Source: Podarcis vaucheri (taxonomy: Eukaryota). Taken from it: a stretch of DNA of 64,000 nucleotides. Position 1 is the first letter of the stretch. Every line of letters starts with the position of its first letter. Positions 38,801 through 50,800 of this stretch are shown one piece after another. The stretch lies in assembly GCA_965113315.1 (NCBI GenBank), contig OZ220364.1. One strand, written 5' to 3'. Under the pieces are notes generated by a model. The model saw only the letters and a program-made list of their open reading frames with translations, was not told the origin of the DNA and did no database searches. Position numbers and translations under genes: made by a program.

Positions 38801-41800
38801 CATGAGATCTAGGTAGTACCCTGAGGGGTTAGGCTGACTCCTTGTCTTGTTTTTCTGTATTTGAGACATAATTCGTCCAAAATGCGAAAAAAGAATTTTT
38901 ACTGTCTTATAAGGTATTCAGAGCAAAGTCAGAACAATGATGGGGAACTAAATGTCATGAAGGCTTTCAAAGTTGGAACAGAAGGTGTGATGAATTTGGG
39001 AACTGACACCTTCCTCCTGTGCATACAAGGACAGCAGAGTTAGTCTTAGTGTACACAACCCTTATCATAAGAAGACCATGTGTTTTCTAGCAACATTTGA
39101 TGTCACTGTTGGGACATGGCTGCCCTGTCTATCAGCAGAATCCTTTCAAACTCTAGTTAAACATAGTTGAAGCAGTTCAACTATGGTTCCTTTCCTCTTT
39201 CCCCAAAGACTGCTGTTCTGGCAGCATTGGGTGGTAGGGGCTTTGGGAGTGATTCCCATGGATGCATATACACATGGAAACACTTCTCTTGAATGGATAC
39301 TATACACTTCTTTTGCTCAAATGTTTTCATGTAGTCCAGTTCTGGATCCTTAGATAGAGCCAGTGTATGCACAGGACCATCATTCAGTAAGTTCCAAGAG
39401 TCATTAAAGCTGCAGTTCTATACACACTTATATGGGAGTAAATCCACCCAAACTTTTGAGTAGACGTGCAAAATATTGTGATGAAGTTTTAATCAACTGT
39501 ATTAATTATCAATGGTAATAATGCTAAAAGTAATTCTGTGAATGTCAAATATAATTTGGGATCAGAGTTATATGTAAAGCAAAACTGAGGCACATCAAAC
39601 TCAGTTGCATTTCTTGGTATAGTTTTATTTTTTTAAAAAAATCATTATAGATAACTATGTGTGCTCACTTTCATCACATTTTGTGCTTTCCTCCCCAGAT
39701 CTACAAATCAACAAAATGTAATGACATGCAACAGTCTGGCAGCTGCCCCCGAGGACCCTTCTGTGCCTTTGCACATGTAGAACGTAGGTGGTCTTATCTT
39801 TATCTAGCAATAAAGTGTAAGCTGTGAGAGAAGTGTCATCCTGGGTTCAAAGTGGGACTTCATTTGCTGGATCAAGCAAAATTCAAAACAAATTACCGCC
39901 CTCCCCTCAGCAAGTCAGGGGAAAGAATTCAAAAATAAATATTCCAGTGGATTTTATTTTGTGTGTTGTATCTTTTACTTTGGAAAAGACGCTTTAGCCA
40001 CCAGATGGTGTGCGCTCTAATTGCATTTCCTCAAAATTAAGTGACACCCAGTGGCCACTCAAGGTATTGTACAGTTTTAAGTTTTGCTGTGGGCATTTTG
40101 GGCTGCTGGTTTGTAATTTGCCTGCCTGAGGCTGTGAACACACAATTTCTTTCTGCGGAGCAAAGGAAAGAACTCATCTGTTGTAGTATTTGACCTGATC
40201 CTTTCATGAAGGAATTTTCTGCTTTTGAGATTTCTTTTTAAGAAGCCAGATCAATGTGGCACAGATCACTTGGTTGGAGTCTTAGAAATGATGGGCAAGA
40301 ATTTTTGGACACTTGATCAAGACATATTTCATAGAGGGAGGAGCAGTGATAGGATTTTCCTCTTCAGCAAGGCACTGGTGAGTATGGATGGGGGGATCTG
40401 TGACTCCCCAGGTGCTGTTGGACTTCAACTCCCAGCCTGGTCAGTGGTTGTGAATGATGGGAGTTGTTATTCAACCACGTCTAGTGGGGCACAGATTCAC
40501 CACCCCTGCTGTAGCTCAACACTGGCATTAAAAGTGAAATAAGCAGTGTCTTGCCCTAACCTGAAATATGTAAGAAGAAAGCTGAAATGGTTTTTGAACT
40601 ACCCACCCTCTGCAAATCACTTTGGAGGAATGAAGGTGAAGCCACCTCCACAAATCCAGTCTGAATCGGTGAAGGTCCTCTCCATTCAACCCTAACCCCA
40701 CCCAGATCTTGTCTGCTGAGCTGAAGACTGGATCTACTTCATATTCTTTCCCTTCCAGGTGCCCCAGACATTTCAGAGTGGGCTTGCCACGCAGATTCAG
40801 AACAACTGTTAACAGCTCTTGTTTCTCCATGCATAACATATTCTGCCATATGAATTGTCTAGTTTGCTCTATTGGGAACATGGGATCTTTCCGTACGTAA
40901 AAAAATCAATTCTAGTGTTCTGAAATCAAATCAGTATACTAAGGTCTTTCTGTCTCCATTCCAAAACAGAGGGATAAGAACTGGGAAAGGGCTATTACCT
41001 TTAGGAATCACATCATGGGTGTAGCCAGGATTTATTTCAGGGAATCAGACTTTATGTTGCGGGGGGGGGGGAGAACCAAGTTATCTGCAACACAATTGTT
41101 TTTATTTATTTATTTATTTACTTACTTACTTACTTTGGGTGGGACAGCTGCCCCCCCCCCCGGCTCCCTGGCTACAGCCATGCTTCACACCTGGGCTTTC
41201 AAGAAGTATATGGTTGGACATAGTTGGAAATAGAATGCTGGACTGTGTAGACAGTTGGTCTGATCCAAGAGGGTTGTTATAGTCTTACGTTCTTCAGGCT
41301 ATGATTCTAAGCAAGCATACAAAAGAAAACATCATTGAAATTGTAAGCTTGCTTACCTAGTAAATATGCTTAGAATTGGAGTGTCAGTCATCACCGTCAA
41401 GGTATTCTTAGCCATCATTGAACATTAGAGATGGAAACCCTGATTCAGTAGGTCTTTTGAATGAATAGTTACATCTGTCATTGCTTTAAGAGTGTAATTT
41501 ATAATTTTAGGGAAAGCTAAGACACTCAAGGCAACAAACCAAACATTTATCAACTTTGTCTTATGAAAACTTTCTGTTATTTCTGTACTGGTATGAGGAT
41601 TGCTGCAAATAGATACGGATCTATGGAACCTCTGCACTTAGGAGAGCCATAAGATCCATTTTCATTTTTCTGCATACATTGTGTCATGTTTTTGTTTTGC
41701 ATTTCTTACAGAACCTCCACTTAATGAAGAGTTACAATCAACATCCTCTGTTTCCAGTCCTACACAAACAGGCCCTGTAATGTATATGCCCTCGGCAGCA

Positions 41801-44800
41801 GGCGATTCTGTTCCCGTTAGCCCTTCTAGTCCACAAGCCCCAGACCTTAGCAATGTACGTAGAAATTTTGAAAGTTCTTCACTTTGTAGGTTTTTACTGC
41901 AGACTTCTCTAAATATGAATGCCTTCTAGAAGAAGAAGCTGCCCCCTCGGACTCAATTACATTGTGTTAAGGAAATGGTGCCTATATTTCCCCCATAAAA
42001 TTTACTTTGAATTTGTGGGGGTTGGCAGAGCACTGGGATGCAAAACAGGTTTCCATCTGTGAGCTGAGATTTTGAAGGAACATAGTGGCATGGGTTTAAA
42101 TCACAACTGCCACTTTCAAACTGGATTAGACAAGCTGAGCTGCTTTAAATTTACTTGGAAGTCATTTTCAAGCTGCCATATGGAGCAGCCCAAGGCTTTT
42201 CTGTGAAATTTAATACTGTTGTAATGCTCCCTGCTTAGAATTTGTCCCATTTGGGAAGTACTCTTTCTTCATCTGAAAATGACTGCTTCTAGAACACCTA
42301 TTCAAATCATTAAAATGTTTGCATGGTTTTGCTTTTCTCCAGTTGAATAAAGTGCTCCAAGCATAAAAGGGAAAGATCAATCTCTTGTTGTGGGTGCTGA
42401 GCTCTCATCTGAGGTCTCATCTGAATTGCTTACCTTGTGCATAGTGGCAGCTGCTCCTAACTAAATGTTTGGGAATACAGCCTTGGAGCTTGTGTACTAT
42501 GATATGTTTGAAGAATTTAACCTGGGGTAGTTGCCCTCTGTTTTCATGTTAAGCTAAAATTAAGCTGTAGTTATCCCTTGGGAGAGTCTTGCATATTTCT
42601 AGTGAATCATATCAAGTCACTGTTTAGAAGTAGACATCCTGCTGTCTAGTGGCAAGCTCACACTCTCACCTTTTGGCGAGCAAATTGTAATGTCTCCTTC
42701 CAAGTCCACCTGCTTTTGTCATACTGAAGCACCCTTTGTCTGTTATTACTTCAGCCTGCTCAGCTGTGTATGTAGGCTGCAAGCCGAGTGAATGATGTTT
42801 TAATTATGCCTATTACATATGACTGATTAAAGCTAAATAAATTGCTCATCCCACATATTCTGTGTTATGTCTTTGTCTTTGACTGTAGGTATGGAATAAA
42901 CCAGGAACTCTGCCAACTAGCCCCACTTCTACTACAGTAAGTATCTACTCTAACTGGGGAGAGAGAGCATTACACAACCTGTGCTGGTTGAATGAAAATT
43001 GTCATTGTAAGAGGCTCCCAAGAGTCCCCTCTTCCTTAATTCAAGCCTCATCTGTTTTACATTTCGAAACAGTTGTTATGTATGCCACAGTCCTGTATGT
43101 TTGCAGATCAGTAGCTCCCAGCCAACATGGCTTGTTATACCTCCACTGTTGGGAGACAGTATGCTTCCGAATACCAGTTGCTGGGAATTGCAGATAGGCA
43201 GAATACTGTTGTGCTCATATCCTGCTTGCAGGCTTCCCACGGGCATCTGGTTGTCCACTGTGAGAGCAGGATGTTGTGCCAAATGGACCATTGACCTGAT
43301 CCAGCAGGCTCTTCCAATGTCCTTACGGTCAGAGTATGGCGTTGGGCACATAATTTAGATTCCCTAAAAGTTTCTAGTCCTTATGATTATGAATATGCAC
43401 ATAAACATGTCCTAGCAACTCAAGTACAGAATTCCTGACAAATCACTCGGCTATTAAACATTTTGTCCTGAAGATACTCTCCTTTTCTTTTGTCCATGGT
43501 TCTTTAGCAAAGCAATCTTGAATGGCTGCATATGTAAAAAACAAAGCTGAGTGGCTTCTGATAATTTGGAAGTTCTCTGTCCCAGTTGTGCATAAATACT
43601 AAAGAACTCTCATTTTTCTCATTGTTGTGATGGGCCCATTAACCATAGTTGTTTATGACAGGGAGGGATGGGAAGCCCCCAATAAGAGTGATGCAATCAA
43701 ACATTTCAAAAAAAGTTTTTAGATGCTTTCAATTCTGTACTTGTAAGCTGCCTTAAGCGTTTTTCTACGGAAAGGTAGGGTGTAAATATTTTAATAAATG
43801 AAAACATTTAAAAATATTTATCAGTTTAGGTCAAGGAAGAATGGAACACGTGGTTCATATGGGGCTGTAAATATGTAGGAAAACTGAAACAAAGAATTTG
43901 GGTTATGGGAATAAGAGTAAGAAGCTGCACTGAGTGAAAATATTCAGCACTATGATCACTATGAACCACTTCCCAACCACCTCTGTTTTCTGAAGCATGG
44001 ACTGACTCCACATTTTTAATACTTTTTTTCCTTTTAAACTTGAAGCATAGAATTTTAGGATTCTGAAGAAGCAATAAGGTTTTGCACTAGAAATATGTAT
44101 TCTGCTATGGGATTATGTTGGCTGTGCTGGTTTCTAAATCTCACTTGAGAAAGCATGAAGAACTTGTGAGCTGAGTGAGAAGAATATGAGATTGTCTCTG
44201 GGATCAAGATACGGTTGTGCATTTCTGAGACGCTAAAGCACGAAAACTTGGCGATTTATGTTCCCAGTTGACCTAGCTGAAGCTAACAACTTAGTTATCT
44301 GGAGGTTTTTCCATCAAAGGCCATCTGCAATAGTGCAAGACAGAATGTTACAATCCTAGGAATCTGTAACTGCACACTATATGAGTTCCTCTCAAGTTGT
44401 GACCTGTGCTGTTTTTTCTTCCTTCTTCCATTAGATTCTCTGTAGGAATAGCAGTCTTGGAAGCCCATCTAATATATGTGGGTCTCCTCCTGGTGCCATT
44501 GGAAAACCCCATAGTTTGGAAAGCATTGGCTTTCCCACAGATTCAGTAACTGCAGCCAGCAGCTACAAGAAAGCACCAGGATTTGAGCGGGAAGATTTGG
44601 TTGGAGCAGAGTACCTAAAGAATTTCAAATGCCAGGTAGGTGGGGCATACAGGGAAAGGGGATCTAAGGGTTTCATATTGGCTTTGGAAGCAACTGCCAA
44701 AACCACTGCAATATGTTGGTGAAACATCTTGGTACTTCCCTAAGCTACGAAATTGGCACTAGACAAGCAAGGCACAAGGGTTCCTGGTATTGTGATACAT

Positions 44801-47800
44801 AATCAAGTAATCCAAAGAAAGAATCTGAAGCAAACTTTACATATTTTTTACATACCACAAAATCAGCCACCTGGAACTTTCTATTGGGCTAGTCTAGAGA
44901 CACATTTCTTGAAACATTTTTTTCCAGGCAAGGACCCGAGTAAGAGTTCCTTGGCATAAAGAAAATTAACATCCTTGCTATCTGTGTTATTGCACTTATC
45001 ACGGTATATTTTTAGCCTAAAGGGATTATTTTTCTTCCTGAAAAAATATCTGAAGAAGTGTACATGCACACGAAAGCTTATACCCAGAACAAACTTAGTT
45101 GGTCTCTAAGGTGCTACTGGACTATTTTTTTATTTATTTTGACTGCGTCAGACCAACATGGCTACGTACCTGAATCCCTGAAAAAAGGCATTTAGAATAT
45201 AACTGCAATGATACTTAAAATGGACATATCTGAATATTTTCATGACGATATAAAATAAACTCATGCTTGCAGAGAAGCCACTGGGAATTTAACAGCAACA
45301 ACAAATTTTATTACAGTCGCAGACCAGCATAACTGGGACTTTAACATTTATTCTGGAGTATTTATGGAGTAGGATTTTTCTTACCAACTTTTCCTTAAAT
45401 GCCCATTTTTTTCTTTACCAGGCATAGACTAAGAAAACATTCCACACTTCCTTTTCATTGTTAATCTCACCACATGAGTACAGAAAGATCACAGTGGAGT
45501 GATTACAGGGCAATCATATGCATGTTTAAAACTTGGAAAGTTTATTTCATTTATTTCAATTGGATTTACATCCAGGTTATCAGTACCATATGTGCTGGGA
45601 ATCCCCACTACCACCACCATTTATTGTCTAATACTTTTTTCCTTGTCTAATGGGCTCTAATAAAAGTCTAATACTTTTTTCCTTGTCTAATGGGCTCTGA
45701 ACTTTCTGGGAGCAGCCAAATAGAGAAAGTTTTGTTAGAATCCCATAGCCCTCTCAAATGCTTGAAGTCAGCAATTTCACATTTGTATACTCCCCCTCCA
45801 CTCGTCTTTCTTTTTGTTCTGTTTACTGCAGCAGGCAAAGATTAAATCCCATTCCTTGGAACATAGAACCCAAGAACAGCCTCTGTTACAACCAAAACAG
45901 GTATGTTACCCCAAGTTGGCCCTAGACTATTCCTGTGTGTTTATGCCATCTCATCCATAGCTTCCAAGCCTACTTGTGGATGCTGGATGATGTATGGGTG
46001 GGTGGTGGTATTTTGCTAAGAGTTTTGTTTTTTTTAAAATAGTCTCTAACAAATGTATATTCAGGTATGTACAAATGCTGAGGCTGTGCATGTAGAGGAG
46101 CATCCAAATTAGAAATCTAAATATGAATTCAGCTGCAGAGATAATTAAAGAAAGGGTTTAGTACAGCTCATTGAACCTTATTCTGATAAAATTGTACACA
46201 ATTATGATTATATGATGCCACTGATAATGTATGAGAAGTGTTCTGAAAGAATCAAAGTTGTCCTTCATAACTGCAGCATACATTTGTTTTGGCACTTTGT
46301 TGTATATTAACACTACTGTGAACTGCCTTGAATGTATATTGATATAGAAGTCTGTGGTATAAATTATATATATATGTAGAGAGAGAGAGAGACTTCTCTT
46401 TCCCAAGGGAAATGAGGAAGAGAGCCTGTTATGTGCTTTTCAAGGCTCAGATTCTACTCTGAGTCTTGAAAAGTAGATAGAGCTGGAAGAGAAAGCGGGA
46501 AAGGGTGCCATTCTTTCAACTTCCTCCTTCAGAACTATTTACTTTTTTTTGGGAGGGGGGCAGCAAAAGTTACCACCCTCTCCATCTCATGATGGAAGGG
46601 TAAGTGGGAGAGGAGGCTTTATGGGCACCAGGGGAAGTCCTCAAGAGTTCTGTTGGGCACATGAGCACCATGTTGGCATCCCCAGAGGTAGGGACTTGCT
46701 CATACACTTCTTAAATTGCATGCTGAGAATGAATTATCCAGTGTTTAAATATATGTCTCCCTCTTTCAGGATATACTGGGGATTCTTCCTGTTGGCAGCC
46801 CACTGACATCTAGCATCTCTTCTAGTATCACTTCTAGTTTGGCAGCAACACCGCCAAGTCCAGCAGGCACAAGCAGTGTCCCCGGCATGAATGCAAATGC
46901 CCTTCCATTCTACCCAACCAGTGACACAGTGGAGTCTGTGATAGGTAATACTGCCTATACTCATGGGGGCCAGCTCTGAAAGGGAATATAATCAGCCTGG
47001 GAAATAGGAGCATGTTGTAGATCTAGATACCTGGGGAGTTTTTGCAGAATCCCATCTTTCTTTTAGAGGCGGCTAATATGACATACATAGTCTTCCATGC
47101 ATCATAATTTCAGCTCTGAATTATATAAAAATGTGTCAATATGGTGAATTGGATATTATGATTGCTCTGAATTTTTTGTGTAGTGAAATTGATGTCTTGT
47201 TTGCTATCCTTCATCTTACTTTATGCTTGCTAAATTTACAGATCACAAATTTGGCCCAAAGTGCTACTGTATTGGGCCAGTCCAGGACTCTGTTTAATTC
47301 ATGTGACAGGTGTAATTTGTGGTTGAGCAACTGTTTTCATAAATTTTACAAGGATGAAACTCGGATCTGTACACATCAAGCAGAAGTCCATAGCCAGTCT
47401 GTGCCTTAGGTGAAGATTTAAAAGGACCTTGTTTATACTTCCCTTCCAGGGTGTGGTATGTCACCATATTTTAATCTTCTGATTTCCCAAGGAGATTAAT
47501 AGCACATATTGTGCAGAGCAGGCATTTCCCTTTTTATTTTCTCCTCAGGCACAACTTTATTTACTATTTTTTATTATTTCTAAACAGGGGATATATAGTG
47601 TTGCTTCCTGTTGGCCTCTCATTGTCCAGATATCTTATTATGATTGCTAATGGTTTATGTTCTATAACAGTGCTGTGCCACTACCCTCCCAGAAGGAGCA
47701 CCATTGCTGCTTACTGGGATGGTGCAGGGGCAGCGTGGAGGCAGGATCAGGGCTCGGATGGGCTCTGCCAGTTCACCCTTCCAACTCCAACCTCACTGCT

Positions 47801-50800
47801 ACCCTGCCCATCCCAGAAGGCAACACTGACGTTGCTCCCAGAAGGGCAGCAGAGTGACCCCGCCCCAGCCACTTCTGCCTGGAATGATAAAAAACCAAGA
47901 GAGAATTCCTGGCTTTGAAATGAAAAGTTTGCAGTAGTGTGGTGGAGGACAGGAAGGGCAGCTTCTTTAGCCCCAAACAGGCTCTTGTTATACATTTTAA
48001 TAGGCATCCTGTGGGGAATTGCAGTCTTTTTTTGTGAAAGGCTCGAAAAGCAACCTTTTGGAAAAACGCCAAACCACAATACAGGCTTTGGAGGAAAAAG
48101 GGGCTGGGGAGCAACCATTTTAATACAGAAAACTGTGATCTATTTTATGGTTCACATTTCTGAAGTAACATGAATATAACACATGCCATACTTTTCTTTG
48201 AGAGACAACATTAATGGGGCATATTTGCTGGACATATTAAATTGGCTAGAAATGACACTTGGGAAGAACCTGTGGAGGCTTGCTTCATCTCATCCCAACT
48301 GGCAATGCCCATGCTATGTATCACTGATCCATTGTTGGGACACTGCTGGCTATAGCCTGCTTCCTAGGGTATTCTAATCCATCCCCTTTCCCTGATGCCC
48401 CTCACCTGACTGCTGCACTCGACCCCCTTCTTTCCACTGCCATACCTGCACCTCATTCCTACTGCCCATCTCCTCCTCCACTGAATTGCAACCCAAGTCA
48501 CTGCTCCATTGTGGAATTCCTAAAAGAGGAAAATTCCAATCACCATGCATCATGGATACCCAGGTTACTAGGTGACTGGGATGGGCACCCTTCATTCAAG
48601 CTGTCCTTGGATGTATTTCTTCCCAAAGTCAAGCTGTACAGCAGGTGTCACTGGATGATCTGTTTTGCATTGCTGTTTATTTCTGGTGTCAATCTGTGGG
48701 AAAGAACCTGATGCTGAAAGCTTTTAGGGCTCAAAAACAATAGAAAGTGATATGAAAAGCTGCCTTGTTTAGACAACTGTTGACTAATGGCAGTATTGTA
48801 CAGTGGGGAGCAGGGCCCTATAGATCCTCCTGTCCAGAGCAGTGTCATCTCTGCATGTAGGCTCTTTGGGCTTCCCTATCCCTTGAGGTTGTTGGTCCTT
48901 TTTGTATTATATAATTGGTGCCTCTGTCTGGCAGAGTCTGCCTTGGATGACCTGGACCTGAACGAATTCGGAGTGGCTGCCCTGGAGAAGACATTTGACA
49001 GCAGCTCGGTGCCCCACACAAGTGGCATCATGATAGGTACATGAAAGCAACAGAGCTTTCTTTGATCTTCTGCCAAGCAGGGTTCGCCCCATCAGCTGGC
49101 TGAAGCAGCCTAACAAGCTCTCAAAACCAGTCCTAACATTATATGTTGGTATGCGGCCAATGGGAGACCTTGGAGCAAAAGGGCTCTCATTGTCTAGCAG
49201 ATTGGAAATTTATTCCACTGGTTTCAGATGTCCCAGTTATGTTTATGAAATTGACATGGCTTATTTGACACACTAAACATGTTTATGAAATTATGACATG
49301 AACATTTCACGGAGGGGGGCGGGAAGTCATTTTAAAATAATGAGAAACAAATTGGATTGTTTTCACTGTTCTGCTGTCACAGGACCATGGCAAGACATTA
49401 TCGCCACACATTGACAAACTACCGCATATGTATCTCATCATTTGTATGTGGTCATTTCAAACCAGCGTCCATTTTGTGTGTGTGTCTGGTTGTTCAGGTG
49501 AAAATAGTCCTTACAACCTTGGTCCCCTATTGTAAGAATCCCATAATGCATTTACACAGGTTGTTGTTATTTTTTGGTGAACTAAGCCACATGCAAATTG
49601 GTAGGTGCGTGACTCGCTATTTCCGCTCATGCTGTCTGAACTCTGTCTCTGAATGGCATAGCCATCAGCTTAAACCTGATCCTCCATGGTGCCAGATGTT
49701 GTATGTTGCAGACCATTGCAGAATGCTTCGCAATGGCCTTCCATCAATACACAATTTTATTTCACCACATCCTGCCCTCAATATTGGTTCAGATTTGAGC
49801 AGTAGCACAAATCAGAATGATTTTCCACATACCCAAGTGATCAAGTCTGCTTTCACAAAAACCAAAGAGGTAGAATTCAGCATGAGACAATTCTGCACTG
49901 GTATTGTGCCCATGCTTATTCTGCCTAAAACAATTTGGAAGTGTTTACGGTGCAGACATCACAATTCAAGATAGGAGTCCAAATAGGGTCCAAATAATGC
50001 TTTTCATGCAACATAGACACAGTGTTGGTTCCCGTGAAGGTAACTGCCCTTTTAATGATGGTTGCAAAGACTGTGCTCCTCAGATTATCAGTAAACTGAT
50101 TGAGGGCTCTAGTTTTGTGGGCAGCACCTTGTATCACAGTCCTCCTGAGTTGACTTAGAATAACACGTTGGTTACGTCTATTGTAACTCTGTCTAGGTTA
50201 GAAGGAGGATGGAGAGTTCTATGGCATGTAAGAGTCCCTCCCCAGGCCATCCTAGAAGCACTCTAATTTCTGAATCTAATTTCTGAACAGGTGCTGCTGT
50301 GCATTTTCAAGCTTTATAAACATGAGGGGTAAAAACTGAGTTTTCAAAGAATGAAACCTGAGATTCTTATTATTCTGACAACATTAGCAACTCCCATGCT
50401 ACTGAGTTTGATTCCTCTGAGCTCCTCTGTTGTTCAGATTGGGAGGTGATTTCCCCCATTCTCTTTCCTGTAGATCTAGCAGAAATAATTATGGTGTTGA
50501 AATTTAATGATCTGATCTTCTCAGACATCTTTTTACTGAAGAGTATAGTTTTTTACAGGTGTATTAAAAATGAAGGTTGTAATTTGCCCCATTGAATTTG
50601 TGGCTTCTCCCTTGACTTTGAATATCGAGAAACGGCCCCATTTGCTGTTGTTTAACTGATATTAAGAACATAACTTACATCCCTAATATTGGGGTTGGGG
50701 AGGGATTTGAACTTACAGAAATATTTTTGGCAGGATATGTAATGTGATGGGGAAATATATTTTTAACTAGTACAATAGCCCTTGGAAATGTAGTTGCTTA

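Noticed and set aside
39996-40012. CTCF-like motif GCCACCAGATGGTG (similar ones near 182-195 and 25774-25789)
   Set aside because: Single motif matches are common by chance and cannot be supported without ChIP or conservation data.
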